A DNA stretch of 64,000 nt, taken from NCBI GenBank assembly GCA_965203095.1, contig OZ241877.1:352001-416000 (forward strand), read 5' to 3'. Each line of letters opens with the position of its first letter. The first letter of the stretch is position 1. A program made the translations under genes and the position numbers. Shown piece by piece: positions 36,481 through 47,410 of the stretch. The stretch comes from Bdellovibrionales bacterium (GTDB lineage: Bacteria; Bdellovibrionota; Bdellovibrionia; Bdellovibrionales; UBA1609). Under the pieces are notes generated by a model, which did not search any database, was not told where the DNA came from, and saw only the letters and a list, made by a program, of their open reading frames with translations.

Positions 36481-37690
36481 TGATAGCAAAACCACTACCT
36501 TCCTTCTTAAAATTAGTGATTTGCCCCTGATAGCAACGGGCAGTCACTTGTTGGATCTGATCTTCATAAGCATAAGCCCTAAAATCTGTTTTCCATTTTA
36601 CTCCTTGAGAGTCCTCTATTACAGAGGGAGGGATAAACTCCTGAACCAAGGCTTTTATCAAGAAAAACTCTTCCAGCTTTTTTCGAGTGAGACTGGCCCC
36701 TCGATAAGCTCGTTTTCCGCCATGGCTTTGTTTGACTTTAAAGAAATATTTTTTACGATTTTCCCAAACTGCTCCTTTGTTTTTAGAATCTAAAGCCTCC
36801 GAGTAAGGGATATGTTTGGAGATGGTTTTTAATTCTTCCCAAGATTGCTTTTCTTGAAACCAGTCACAGAGGCGACTTTTATCAGACAACAAAAAATACT
36901 CTCTGGGATGAGGGCTTATGGCACAAGTCCCTTTTAAATAAGCTTTAGCTATTTGAGGATGCTGTTCAAAATAAAAATCCACAGATCGATTATACACAAA
37001 ATCAATGAGATGGCCTTCAGAAGTATATAAAAAGCCTTTATCATCTGTTTTTAAAGAGCGAGAATCGCAAATCTCAAAGGGCCAACCCATGGACTCAAAA
37101 AAATCCTTAAACATAAAAAACTCTAAAGCCATTTTCTGGTTTAAAGGATCTTCGTCAATCAAAACAGTTTTTTTAGGCTGAGAGCTTTTTTGGCCCTTTC
37201 TAAATTTATCCCATTCGGATTGAAAAGATTTTTTTAAACTATCTATAGATTTTTTATAAGGCTGGTTTTGAAATTGACAAAAAGAGTTAAAAAGCAAAAA
37301 TCCAGAACCATTAGTGTTGACTTCAATAAGTTTAACTTCCCCCTCATGCAAATGAAAATCATAAGCCATTAAAACTGAATCTAAATTTTGGCTTTTTAAA
37401 GCTGTTTTGAGCTGATTTTGGTTAAAACTCTGTTCCGCTTTTAAGGAGAGGCTTTTTTGATAATTTGCCCGACATTTTAGCTGAAATAGAGAGGCAATCA
37501 CTTGCTGGATTTGCCGGTAATTTTTTAAAGGCAAGTGGACCTGTTCAGGAAAAAAAATCGGCTGATAAGAGTGCGTTTGCAAAAACGAAAATGCATGAGG
37601 ATATTCTTTTTTTAAAAATGTTTTAAAGCTAAAAAAATCTATCACAGAGTATTTTATATCAAAAAGATTTTGCTGATGTATGTATGACAA
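36452..37690 (-). CDS. Circularly permuted ATP-grasp (glutathione synthetase-like) protein
   Basis: AYDFH...KLIEVNTN, VYNRS.D, QEFIPP and DFRAY motifs. Confidence 0.7.
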   Translation of the reverse strand: MSYIHQQNLFDIKYSVIDFFSFKTFLKKEYPHAFSFLQTHSYQPIFFPEQVHLPLKNYRQIQQVIASLFQLKCRANYQKSLSLKAEQSFNQNQLKTALKSQNLDSVLMAYDFHLHEGEVKLIEVNTNGSGFLLFNSFCQFQNQPYKKSIDSLKKSFQSEWDKFRKGQKSSQPKKTVLIDEDPLNQKMALEFFMFKDFFESMGWPFEICDSRSLKTDDKGFLYTSEGHLIDFVYNRSVDFYFEQHPQIAKAYLKGTCAISPHPREYFLLSDKSRLCDWFQEKQSWEELKTISKHIPYSEALDSKNKGAVWENRKKYFFKVKQSHGGKRAYRGASLTRKKLEEFFLIKALVQEFIPPSVIEDSQGVKWKTDFRAYAYEDQIQQVTARCYQGQITNFKKEGSGFAIIKALPHHLQ

Positions 37691-37712
37691 TGCCTCATCT
37701 TAACAAACGGAA

Positions 37713-38246
37713 TCAATCTTTATCTAAAAAGGCTTTGCCGGCAGTGGCTTTAGTTTGCCCTTGGTATTTGCCCCGATAGGGCTTTTCCGCTGGTTGATCC
37801 ATCTGAAAAAGAATCAACTGGCAGATCCTTTTCCCTCTTTTTAAACGAATGGGCAAAATATTGGCGTTGTAAAGCTCTAAAGTGAATTTGCCTTTAAATC
37901 CAGGAGCCGCTACAGAGGCATTTTGAATAAAAAGCCCCATCCGGCCCACAGAGCTTCGGCCCTCCACAAAGCCAGAAATGTCATTTGGCAATTCCACATA
38001 CTCTTCAGTTGTGGCCAAAATAAAAGATTGGGGTGGGATGATAATTTCCTTCCCTGTAATTTTTTGATGTCCTACTTTGGAGTCCAAATCCAAAACCCCC
38101 TTAGTGGCCCAATGTTTTAAAATCAAAGCGTCCGAGCCTAAGGTTAAATCTATAGAACTGGGCTGAATAGCCTCTCTCCCCAGGTTTTTGATAATTAGTT
38201 TTTTGTCTTTTATAAGCTTTTGAATGCTTTTGTCAGAAAGTATCAT
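37713..38246 (-). CDS. dcd: dCTP deaminase
   Basis: MILSD, QPSSIDL, EGRSSVGR and Y.GKYQGQ motifs. Confidence 0.93.
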   Translation of the reverse strand: MILSDKSIQKLIKDKKLIIKNLGREAIQPSSIDLTLGSDALILKHWATKGVLDLDSKVGHQKITGKEIIIPPQSFILATTEEYVELPNDISGFVEGRSSVGRMGLFIQNASVAAPGFKGKFTLELYNANILPIRLKRGKRICQLILFQMDQPAEKPYRGKYQGQTKATAGKAFLDKD

Positions 38247-38335
38247 TTCCCCCTCCTAAACTTTTTTCCCTTAAGCCAGCTAAGCCCGACTCCGTGTCAG
38301 AAAGTATCATTTCCCCCTCTCCTTAAACTTTTTTC
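38231..38335. repeat. Direct duplication (~38 bp, 64-bp offset) of the dcd RBS and start
   Basis: TGTCAGAAAGTATCATTTCCCCCTC...TAAACTTTTTTC at 38231 and 38295. Confidence 0.9.
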
Positions 38336-38968
38336 TTAAACTCCAAAAATTTGCATAAAAGCCACACCAAGATAGCGAAATAAATATTTGATTCCCGCCA
38401 CCTCATGACATTGCCAGTGCGTTCCGTCATAGCCCACTTTAACATATTTTTTTGGATCCTCTTTTGGATCTATAGGAAGAGACTGGCGAAGGCCATCGCC
38501 CTCAATATCAATGCTTGAATAAAATTTTGGAGGCCCTTCCACAAACTCTAAAGGCCCTTGGCTAAACGGTGGAGAATAAGGATAATTTTTTTTAAACAGA
38601 CGAATATACTCGTCATAATTTTTTGACTTTATATAATAAACCCAGGATTTTGTGAGAACTTTTTTAATTTTATGAAAACGATAAACTTCTAAAGTTCCCC
38701 ATTTGTCAGGAGGATAAACATAATACAAAAAATTGTTTTTGAGTTGAGACAGGACAGGGGAATGATCCAAGCCCTGTTTAAAGTCGGCTTGATAAGACTC
38801 ACTGCTTATTTTTTTATAAAAAAACATGCGGTTAAAGTATTCGTTAGGGTGATTCCCCTCGTCTACAAATGGAGTGCCTAAATAATCACAAAAAAAATTC
38901 CTTTTCTGGCCTTGTGCCAAAAAAACAAAAAAACCAACAAAAAAAACCAGAAACTTCATTCTTGACAA
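38336..38968 (-). CDS. Hypothetical exported protein
   Basis: Signal-like N-terminus; 210 aa. Confidence 0.6.
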   Translation of the reverse strand: MSRMKFLVFFVGFFVFLAQGQKRNFFCDYLGTPFVDEGNHPNEYFNRMFFYKKISSESYQADFKQGLDHSPVLSQLKNNFLYYVYPPDKWGTLEVYRFHKIKKVLTKSWVYYIKSKNYDEYIRLFKKNYPYSPPFSQGPLEFVEGPPKFYSSIDIEGDGLRQSLPIDPKEDPKKYVKVGYDGTHWQCHEVAGIKYLFRYLGVAFMQIFGV

Positions 38969-39123
38969 AATTTACCCAGAGTTTAAGGGAATGGCAAGAA
39001 CAATGCCATTAAAAAGCGAATAAAAAGTTAGAGATAACTTTATTGGACTGATCACAGCTGAAAGTTCCGGTCAAAACAGAGTGAGAAGGCAAAAATTTTC
39101 AAACAAAATCAGCCAAACATATC

Positions 39124-41229
39124 TTACTTGGCTTTAGCCATTTTTTTAGCCTGATACTCTTTAACCAGTTTCTCTTGAATATTCCCCGGAACACGGGCAT
39201 AGCGGGAAAATTCCATAGTGAACTCCCCTTTGCCCTGAGTGGCCGATCTCAGTTCTGTAGAGTATTCAAACATTTCTGCCAGTGGGACTTCCGCCCTTAC
39301 TGAGGTAAAGGCATCTAAAGTCTCCGACCCCTTGATCAGCCCTCGCCTTTGATTGATTTGCCCAATAACCTGCCCCTGAAATTCCTCCGGGCAAGAAACC
39401 TCTAAGTCCATAATCGGCTCTAAAGCTATGGGCCGACCCTTCATATAAGATTCTCGAAATGCGGCCATTGCACATATCCGAAAAGCCATTTCACTGGAAT
39501 CCACATCATGATAAGCCCCATCGGCAAGAGTGGCCCTAATGCTCACTATGGGAAAACCAATAAGTGGGCCTTTAGCCATCTGCTCTTGAAAACCTTTGTT
39601 CACAGCAGGAATATATTCTTTAGGAATGCGTCCGCTCACAATTTTATCTACAAACTCATAGTTGTTCTCTGGGTTTTCTCCTAAAAAGTCCAGTTGGCCA
39701 ACCACTTTGGCAAACTGTCCGGCTCCACCGGTTTGCTTTTTATGAGTGTAATCAAAAGTTGTGGTTTGGCTGATGGTCTCTCTATAAGCCACCTGAGGTT
39801 TGCCCACATCCACCTCACAGTTAAATTCCCTTTTCATTCGCTCAACATAAATATTGAGATGAAGTTCACCCATACCAGCAATAATGGTTTGCCCCGACTC
39901 CTCATCCCTACGAACTACAAAAGTAGGATCTTCCCTTCGGAATTTTTGAAGAGATTTTGTAAAATTCCCACTGGCACTTTGCTCCTTAGGGGCAATGGCT
40001 AAGGACATAACCGGGTCGGGAACAAACATGGAGCTCATAGCCCAGTTGATTTTACCATCGGTCCAACTATCCCCTGAGGCACATTCCATACCAAAAACAG
40101 CTACAATGTCGCCAGCTTCTGCCTGATCTATATCCTCCATGTCATCGGCATGCATATAAACCAATCGTGGGACTTTGTGTTTTTTCCCTGTTCGGACATT
40201 GATGATAAAATGGCCTTTTTTAATAACCCCTTGGTAAACTCTCATATAAGTCAACTGGCCAAAACGAGTGTCTTCCAACTTGAAAGCCAAAAGGAGAAGG
40301 GGCTTTTCAGAATAAGGCTCTACTTCTCGTTCCTTTTCCTCCTGATCTAAATCTTTAGCAGTGTTTTTTACTTCTGTGGGGTTGGGCAAAAATTTTTGAA
40401 CCCCGTCTAAAAGAGGCTGAACCCCTTTGTTTTTATAAGCAGAGCCCATAAAAACCAAAGTGATTTTTAAATCTATCGTGGCTTTACGGGCTGTGGAGTA
40501 AAGCTCTTCGGGGGAGATTTCCTCTTCGTTTAAAAACTTTTCTGCCAGTTTGTCGTCAAAATCCGCCAGAGCCTCAATCATTTTTTGCCTTTGCTCTTGA
40601 GCTGAAGTTTTTAAATGCTCTGGGATTTCCTTTTCCAAAAGCTTTTCGCCATGCTCCCCTTCAAAATAAAAAGCTTTCATTGTGAAGAGATCCACTACTC
40701 CTTCATGTTGTTCCTCTAAGCCAATGGGAATTTGAGTCAAAATGGCATTATGCCTGAGCTTTTCCCTTAGTGCCTCTGCAACACGAAAGGGGTTGGCCCC
40801 TGCACGATCCAATTTGTTGATAAAAGCGATCCGGGGGACATTATAACGACGCATCTGCCGATCCACAGTGATGGACTGTGATTGCACCCCAGCCACCCCA
40901 CACAAAACCAAAATGGCTCCGTCTAAAACTCGCAAAGCCCTCTCTACCTCAATAGTGAAATCAACATGGCCGGGGGTGTCGATAATGTTTATGTTTATAT
41001 CTTTCCAAGAGACATTGGTGGCAGCAGATTTAATAGTGATGCCTCTCTCCTTTTCCAGCTCCATAGAGTCCATTTTGGCCCCTACGCCGTCTTTTCCCTT
41101 GACATCGTGAATGGCATGGATCCGCCCCGTGTAAAACAAAACCCTCTCTGTTAAGGTGGTTTTGCCTGAGTCAATATGGGCAGAAATGCCTATATTTCTA
41201 ACCTTTGTCACATCCCATTTTTTAGCCAT
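39124..41229 (-). CDS. fusA: Elongation factor G (stand-alone, mtEFG1-related type)
   Basis: [29 protein letters not shown] and NKLD motifs; not in the str operon. Confidence 0.96.
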   Translation of the reverse strand: MAKKWDVTKVRNIGISAHIDSGKTTLTERVLFYTGRIHAIHDVKGKDGVGAKMDSMELEKERGITIKSAATNVSWKDININIIDTPGHVDFTIEVERALRVLDGAILVLCGVAGVQSQSITVDRQMRRYNVPRIAFINKLDRAGANPFRVAEALREKLRHNAILTQIPIGLEEQHEGVVDLFTMKAFYFEGEHGEKLLEKEIPEHLKTSAQEQRQKMIEALADFDDKLAEKFLNEEEISPEELYSTARKATIDLKITLVFMGSAYKNKGVQPLLDGVQKFLPNPTEVKNTAKDLDQEEKEREVEPYSEKPLLLLAFKLEDTRFGQLTYMRVYQGVIKKGHFIINVRTGKKHKVPRLVYMHADDMEDIDQAEAGDIVAVFGMECASGDSWTDGKINWAMSSMFVPDPVMSLAIAPKEQSASGNFTKSLQKFRREDPTFVVRRDEESGQTIIAGMGELHLNIYVERMKREFNCEVDVGKPQVAYRETISQTTTFDYTHKKQTGGAGQFAKVVGQLDFLGENPENNYEFVDKIVSGRIPKEYIPAVNKGFQEQMAKGPLIGFPIVSIRATLADGAYHDVDSSEMAFRICAMAAFRESYMKGRPIALEPIMDLEVSCPEEFQGQVIGQINQRRGLIKGSETLDAFTSVRAEVPLAEMFEYSTELRSATQGKGEFTMEFSRYARVPGNIQEKLVKEYQAKKMAKAK

Positions 41230-41339
41230 TTGAAAACTCCTTTCATTTTTTTAACATTCAAATTTTAAAAAAGTGAATTTATCACTTTACCCCTCATTAT
41301 ACTAAACATTTTTTAAAAAACTATAAAAATAATTCAAAG

Positions 41340-41356
41340 TTTTTCACGGACGACTA
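41340..41356. repeat. Solitary terminal repeat of the 4148-type MITE
   Basis: TTTTTCACGGACGACTA, identical to 4288-4304. Confidence 0.7.
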
Positions 41357-41370
41357 AGTAGCTCTTCTGG

Positions 41371-42810
41371 TTAATTTTTGTTAAAATTAAGCTCTTTTTT
41401 AAAATAATCTTCAAAAGACCAGCTTTGAAGAGCTGGCAAACTATCATCAGCTAAACCTTCTAATGGAACTTTTAATGAAGAATGACCGTAAACCACAACA
41501 TGAAGTGGTCCCGACAAAACAAACTCTTTAATAAGCTGATTCACTTCTTCAAGAGATATGTTATTTAAAGTGCTTGTATAATTTTTTAAAAAGCGAGGAT
41601 CTAAAGCCAAATGATGAGCATAATGAACCCATAAACTCAACTGCCCCTCCGGCCTTTCTATTTTCGAAAGATGTCTTCTGATTAAAATCTCACGGGCCCC
41701 CTTCAGCTCATCAAGGCTTATGCCCTCTTCCCGAAATCGCTTTAAAACCTTTAAAGCCTCTTGCAAAAACTCTGGAGTGGTTTCGGTTCTGGAAGATCCC
41801 TCAACTGTGAAAAAACCATAAAATTTGCCAAAGGATATACCTGATCTCACAGAGTAAGTTAAACCTCTTTTCTCCCTCAACTCCATGTGTAAACGACTAT
41901 TACTTGCTCCACCTAAAATAGAATTAGCAATTTGCAAAACTAAAAACTTATTAGGCTCTTCAACAGGAAAGGGACCTATAGGATAACCCAGGCGAATCTG
42001 TGACTGAACCAACTGATCATTGGTTAAAAGCTGAAACTTTGGCTCCAACTCAGTTAAAGAAAAATCCTCAGACTTCTTCTGATAAGAAAAACGCTCTTCC
42101 ACAAAAGAGATAATTTTCTTTTTTAAAGAGTTATCGTATTTGCCTACAAGCACAAACAAAGGATTACCGTTTAAATATCGACTTTTGTGAAATTGTTTAA
42201 TATCCTCTAAGGATATTTTTGAAAGGGAGATTAAAGTCCCATCATCACTGGCTCCAACAGGACCACTAAAAAGCTCTCGCCTCCATACAAAATCCGCCAC
42301 AAAATCCGTTTGATCCAACTGTCGTCTGCGACGGGATAGGGCCTGGCCTCTTAAAATGCCCACTTCTTTTTCTTCAAAATGAGGTTCTGATAAAATTTTT
42401 TGAAAAAACTCCCACAAAGCCTCCCCATGCCAACTCAAACCACTGAGAAAAAAGCTGGCCCTTTGTCTTCCAACAAAAACTTCCAAACTGGTCCCTAACT
42501 GGTTGATTTCCTCTTGCAACTGTGAGGAGCTAAGCCCCCCCGCCCCCTGATCGCTCAACAAAGCGGTAAAGCCAGCCAAACCGCTTTTACCTTCAAAATC
42601 ATAATCCGCTCCGGCATGAAGGAAATAAGCCCCTAACCGAACATAAGGCAAACTCTCATCTCGGATAAAAAGGATTTTTAATCCCGAATCCGTTTTGACC
42701 TCCTCATAGTCAAAGGAAAAAAAATCATTTGATTGCATAACAGCTCCTCTTATCACAAAAAACGCTAACAAGATAAAAATAAAAGAGAAAAAAAATAATA
42801 ACCATCTCAT
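41371..42810 (-). CDS. M16 family peptidase, non-catalytic subunit
   Basis: SRL..ELREKRGLTYSV; no HxxEH. Confidence 0.88.
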   Translation of the reverse strand: MRWLLFFFSFIFILLAFFVIRGAVMQSNDFFSFDYEEVKTDSGLKILFIRDESLPYVRLGAYFLHAGADYDFEGKSGLAGFTALLSDQGAGGLSSSQLQEEINQLGTSLEVFVGRQRASFFLSGLSWHGEALWEFFQKILSEPHFEEKEVGILRGQALSRRRRQLDQTDFVADFVWRRELFSGPVGASDDGTLISLSKISLEDIKQFHKSRYLNGNPLFVLVGKYDNSLKKKIISFVEERFSYQKKSEDFSLTELEPKFQLLTNDQLVQSQIRLGYPIGPFPVEEPNKFLVLQIANSILGGASNSRLHMELREKRGLTYSVRSGISFGKFYGFFTVEGSSRTETTPEFLQEALKVLKRFREEGISLDELKGAREILIRRHLSKIERPEGQLSLWVHYAHHLALDPRFLKNYTSTLNNISLEEVNQLIKEFVLSGPLHVVVYGHSSLKVPLEGLADDSLPALQSWSFEDYFKKELNFNKN

Positions 42811-42820
42811 CTGTTAAGCT

Positions 42821-44176
42821 CTACTTAGCCAAAGGCCTTAAAATCACATACGACAAGCGATGAGGATGGAGATATTTCTCCCCTGTTTTTTGAACAAAAT
42901 CAAGAGACATACTGTCTATTTGATCCAACTTCTCATATATTTTTTTATAATCACTAAATAAAATTTCATAATCTAAAATCATACGAGCACGGGATCTGTT
43001 CTTTTTAAGAGAATCCAACATTTCATTTAAAAAAATATTTTTGACCTTTTCTAAAGACCGATTGTTTAATTGCTCAATCCCCTCTTGCATTTCTTTTAAA
43101 ACTTGATTTTTTACTTTTTCCTCCAAGGACAGATCTGTTAAAGGATAACCAACATAAAACACACTATAATCCAACAAATCTATCAAACCTGTATTTATGG
43201 AAGATAGCCAAGCCTGATCTCGAACCATTTTTTTATACAAAACAGAGGACTCGCCAGATCCCAGTATATGATGAATAAAATCTAAAGCATAAAACTCTTT
43301 ACTGGCCTTAGGCGGGGCCAAATAAGCCATGATCACTTGAGGCATTTGGACTTTACGATTCAAAACACGGGAACGGCTTTGTTCTGGTTCTGGCTCCTTT
43401 ACTTTGATTTCCTCTGGAGTTTTTGAAGGGGTCGAAGAGGCCCAGGGGCCAAAGTATTTTTCAATCTGTTTTTTTGCCTTAGAGGGGTTAAAAGCACCAG
43501 AGAGAACCAACACCGCATTATTAGGAGAATAGTATGTGTGATACCACTTGTTTAAATCTTCTAAACGATAATTGGAAATGTCTTTAGAATAACCAATGAT
43601 CGGTTGCCGATAAGAATGTTTTACAAACAACAAGTCAAACATATTTTCTACAAGAAAGCCAAAAGGGCTGTTGTCTGTTCGCAGTTTTCGCTCTTCTAAA
43701 ACAATATTCTTTTCTTTATCTAAATCTTTTTGACTGACAGTGAGATTCATCATTCTGTCCGATTCCACATCTAAAACTAAATCCAGCCTTTCCGGAAGAA
43801 AATAAGACAAATAAGCTGTATAATCATGTGAGGTGAATGCATTGGATGAAACCCCCTTTTCTGTATAAGTTTTTTCAAAATGAGGGTATTTTTTTGTTCC
43901 ATTAAACATCAAATGCTCAAACATGTGGGATATGCCTGTAATCCCCGGCCCCTCATGCCGACTCCCTGTAGCCACTCCTAAAATAAAATAAATTGTTCGA
44001 TCTTTTTTGTCCGGGTTCAACAAGACTTTTAGGCCATTTTTCAGCTTATACTCTTCAACAGGAATATGAAATTGAGAGGACAGGCTTTCAGAAAGAGCGG
44101 GTGAAGACATAAAACAAAATATCCAAGATATATAAAACCAAAGCATAAAAAATTTTTTTAAACCTAAAACAACCAC
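42821..44176 (-). CDS. M16 family zinc peptidase, catalytic subunit
   Basis: GISHMFEHLMF, NAFTS.DYT and YYSPNNA motifs; start may be ATG 44146. Confidence 0.92.
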   Translation of the reverse strand: MVVLGLKKFFMLWFYISWIFCFMSSPALSESLSSQFHIPVEEYKLKNGLKVLLNPDKKDRTIYFILGVATGSRHEGPGITGISHMFEHLMFNGTKKYPHFEKTYTEKGVSSNAFTSHDYTAYLSYFLPERLDLVLDVESDRMMNLTVSQKDLDKEKNIVLEERKLRTDNSPFGFLVENMFDLLFVKHSYRQPIIGYSKDISNYRLEDLNKWYHTYYSPNNAVLVLSGAFNPSKAKKQIEKYFGPWASSTPSKTPEEIKVKEPEPEQSRSRVLNRKVQMPQVIMAYLAPPKASKEFYALDFIHHILGSGESSVLYKKMVRDQAWLSSINTGLIDLLDYSVFYVGYPLTDLSLEEKVKNQVLKEMQEGIEQLNNRSLEKVKNIFLNEMLDSLKKNRSRARMILDYEILFSDYKKIYEKLDQIDSMSLDFVQKTGEKYLHPHRLSYVILRPLAK

Positions 44177-44259
44177 TTGTCAACAAAACTTTGTGCTTGT
44201 TTTTATCTTATTTTAACCTCCGCGAAAAGCCTTAGCCGGTCATTCTTTCTGTTTTTTGC

Positions 44260-45402
44260 TTAATCAAATTGTTGGAATAGTTTGTCTTTAGAGCGGTCAT
44301 CTCTGATCAGATTGACTATTCTTTTAGCTAATGTTTCAAACAAGTTTTTAAACATTCTCTGGTTTTCTTGCATTTCTAAAAGAGAATAACCACTCTGTTT
44401 AATTTCTTCTTCAGTTAAAGAAAATATAGGTTTTTGGTTTTCTTGAGAAGTAGCAATTAAAGAATTAAAATCACCAATACTAATCAAATTATAAGGAAGT
44501 TCATCTTTTACAAGAGAAATAAAAGAATCTCTATCTATTACCATATTTTTAGATTTTAATGTTTTAGCTAACCGAGTATCAGAAGCGGTTCGTATTTTAT
44601 CAATCCATTTTTGATAAGCTTTAGCTATCCTTTTTTTTCTTTCTTCAAGCTTTTTCTCTCCAATAAGAGGTATTTTTTCCAAAATTGCTTTTTTCCTGGG
44701 TGTATAAATTCTGTATTTTTGAGAGATGATTCCCAGCATTTTAGGAGGCTTTTCTGGAAGAGGGTTAGGGGCTGAAAAATCACGAAACTTGTTAAAAAGA
44801 TCATTCCAAGAGATAAACATTTTTCCAAGGTTTTGTATGGCTTGATATGAGAAAAAATCAGGAGATGTCGGTATTAAAAAATAATCACTACTCATTAAAA
44901 TGCTTCTATTCATAGCTCCTGAACTGGGACTCATATCAACTAATACCAACTCACATTTATTAATTTTAGCAGTTTCTCTTATAACAGCGTTTAAAGAACC
45001 AACAAATTGCTTTGCAAAATTTGCCAATTCACTACCTAAAAGACCAATACTAATTTGTATATCAATGTCAGACATATTCAGATGGCCAGCTACAAGCTTT
45101 AAATTATCATGTAAAGTATCACAGGGTTTAACAGTTTGAATTTGTAAATTTTTTCCTGTGATTATTGGTTCTAAAATAGAATGGATGTCTTCGTTCTCTT
45201 TTTTGCTATAAAAATCCTCTATGGACTGATTTTCTTGTAAACCTAAAACATAAGCCGTCAAATTACATTGTGGATCGGTATCAACTATAAGGGTTTTTAA
45301 CCCTAATTCCGCTAATGTCCAACCTAAGTTAAATGTAGTGGTGGTTTTGCTAACACCTCCTTTATGATTAAACAAAGAGATTAAAATTGGATTTTGAGAC
45401 AT
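44260..45402 (-). CDS. Orphan ParA/MinD-family ATPase
   Basis: FNHKGGVSKTT, DTDPQCNLT and VDMSPS motifs; more AT-rich than its neighbours. Confidence 0.88.
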   Translation of the reverse strand: MSQNPILISLFNHKGGVSKTTTTFNLGWTLAELGLKTLIVDTDPQCNLTAYVLGLQENQSIEDFYSKKENEDIHSILEPIITGKNLQIQTVKPCDTLHDNLKLVAGHLNMSDIDIQISIGLLGSELANFAKQFVGSLNAVIRETAKINKCELVLVDMSPSSGAMNRSILMSSDYFLIPTSPDFFSYQAIQNLGKMFISWNDLFNKFRDFSAPNPLPEKPPKMLGIISQKYRIYTPRKKAILEKIPLIGEKKLEERKKRIAKAYQKWIDKIRTASDTRLAKTLKSKNMVIDRDSFISLVKDELPYNLISIGDFNSLIATSQENQKPIFSLTEEEIKQSGYSLLEMQENQRMFKNLFETLAKRIVNLIRDDRSKDKLFQQFD

Positions 45403-45581
45403 ATTTATATCACTGGTTTTGTAATCAGCCAGTTTTTTTATAAAAAGGCTGATTTAAAGTCAAGTGTATTAGGCCGTTCATTACAATAAGTCAAGTTTTC
45501 ATTTTTTATTATACCACATTTTTGGAAAAAATGGCCTTTGGCTAAAGAAATTAAAGATATAGTGCTTTTTAATAGGTTTTT

Positions 45582-46676
45582 TCACAGGCGAATAGATAGT
45601 TTGTGCAAGTAGCCATCCACAGAGAGAAAATAAATACTTTGAGCAGAATCTGTGCTCAATGCCGATAATCCCCGGCCAAATTTATGCTTTAAAAGAGTCT
45701 TTCCACTATGGGCACTAAGCACTATTAACTCTCCTTCAGAAACAGCTCCATAAACAAGATATTTTTTAAAAAGCAAGATAGACAGCTGATGAGACACCTC
45801 CTTTTGCCAAAGGGCTTGACCATCGGTTTTTTTTAAAGCATAAAGAGCCTTTCGATCCGTTTGATAAACTAAAGGCCCAGCAGGTAAATAAGAGGAAAAG
45901 CCTCCTTTAGCCTTCCAGCGGACCTTCCCATTCAAGGGATTAAGGCAAAACAGATGAAAATCAAATACAGGAACAAAAAGGCAGTTGTTCTCCCATTTTA
46001 AATTCTCCCTTATGGGCTGAGTGGAGGATAGAGATCTTTTCCACTGGACTTTTCCGGTATTTTTATCCAAAGCCACTAAAGAACCATTATAAAAACCCAT
46101 GTAAATCCAGTTTTTATAAATTGCCGGACGAGGTCGGCCCCGGACAAAAAAGCCCCTCGGAAGAGAAGGGCCGGAATAAATCCAAACTCGCTCTCCAGCC
46201 AAAGTGAGAGCATACATTTTTTGATTGTTAGCGGTCCAATAAAGCCGATCCTCATGAATTAAAGGGGGGCCAGAGTTTTCTGAACCGGTCCAAAATTTCC
46301 AATTCAACTGGCCACTTTCAGCTTGCAAACTGTAAAAAAAGCCATCCGCTGAGCCAAAATAAATATTCCCTCTATGCCAAAGTGCCGGACTGGAAGTGCC
46401 GGAGGGAATCAAAAAACTCCAAAGCTTTCGCCCACTTTCTTTGTTGTAAGCATTCATCCCACGAGCATGGCCCTGGAACAGCATATCTTGAATAATTAAA
46501 GGAGGGCTGGCCCGCTCTGTCCTTCGTCTCAATTCTCCAGAAAGACTATCCACAACCCATTCGGTTTGAATTTTAAGAGGTAGGGGAATATCCCTCTTCA
46601 TTAAAAACAGATCCCATTTAAAGCCTAAGCTGAAGATCACTACTAGCCCTACCCCTATTAAAAACTTCCCCCTCAT
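45582..46676 (-). CDS. PQQ-like beta-propeller protein (BamB-like)
   Basis: Repeated A.D..TG...W blades; downstream of a YfgM-like gene. Confidence 0.85.
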   Translation of the reverse strand: MRGKFLIGVGLVVIFSLGFKWDLFLMKRDIPLPLKIQTEWVVDSLSGELRRRTERASPPLIIQDMLFQGHARGMNAYNKESGRKLWSFLIPSGTSSPALWHRGNIYFGSADGFFYSLQAESGQLNWKFWTGSENSGPPLIHEDRLYWTANNQKMYALTLAGERVWIYSGPSLPRGFFVRGRPRPAIYKNWIYMGFYNGSLVALDKNTGKVQWKRSLSSTQPIRENLKWENNCLFVPVFDFHLFCLNPLNGKVRWKAKGGFSSYLPAGPLVYQTDRKALYALKKTDGQALWQKEVSHQLSILLFKKYLVYGAVSEGELIVLSAHSGKTLLKHKFGRGLSALSTDSAQSIYFLSVDGYLHKLSIRL

Positions 46677-47398
46677 TTCTCCTCCTTGAGCCTTCGGTTC
46701 AATAAAAGAAGATTTTTGTAATCCTGAGCTTTTCGCCCCATATAGCCCTCAGGATCTTCTTGAGCCAGATCTGTGTATCGGGCCAAAGCCTCATCATAGC
46801 GATTCATGTTTTCTAAACAAAGAGCCTCTTGCAACCGGCTCTCTAAATGAAGAGGCTGGGCTTTTTTATTTAAAGTGAGGGCGGACAAAAGAGGCAAAGC
46901 CTTTGCACACTCCCCTCTATCCATATAGTAAGAAGCCAATTGAAAAGAGGCCATCTGGTAAAGGCTGGAAGATTTTTTAGGAAGTGCAAAAAGGAGTAAA
47001 AGCTTTATGGCCTTATGGCTATCCCCCTGCCTATTATAAAAATCAGCTAAATCTATAGCAAAAGCTACGGATATTTTGTGCCTTTGTTTCTGCCGGAGGG
47101 CCTCCTCGTAAGCTTGGGCCTGATCTCTTAGTTTTTGTTGAATATTCTCATCAGGAGTAGCCGAATCTGAATCCAAAGTTTTTTGAGCTGAATTTTTGTT
47201 CTCTAATTTTTCCTCCAAAAGAGTTAAGGACTCTTTAAACTCATAGAGGACCGCCTGGGCTTTCTTTTCTAAACTCTCTTCCCTTTGATCATAAGCAATA
47301 AAGGCTAAAATGAGAACTGTGGAAATAGAGCAAAACAAAAGAATCCCTTTGAGATTCCCTTTGATTTTGGCTGAAATTTGATCCGGTCTCAATCTCAT
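46673..47398 (-). CDS. YfgM-like membrane-anchored TPR protein
   Basis: N-terminal TM helix and TPR helices; overlaps the bamB-like gene. Confidence 0.75.
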   Translation of the reverse strand: MRLRPDQISAKIKGNLKGILLFCSISTVLILAFIAYDQREESLEKKAQAVLYEFKESLTLLEEKLENKNSAQKTLDSDSATPDENIQQKLRDQAQAYEEALRQKQRHKISVAFAIDLADFYNRQGDSHKAIKLLLLFALPKKSSSLYQMASFQLASYYMDRGECAKALPLLSALTLNKKAQPLHLESRLQEALCLENMNRYDEALARYTDLAQEDPEGYMGRKAQDYKNLLLLNRRLKEEK

Positions 47399-47410
47399 TT
47401 TCTATACCCC

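Noticed and set aside
36452..37690. ATP-grasp enzyme plus TldD/PmbA as a RiPP pathway acting on the EPWPT peptides
   Set aside because: The genes are far apart, on the opposite strand from the peptides and in housekeeping context; there is no linkage evidence.
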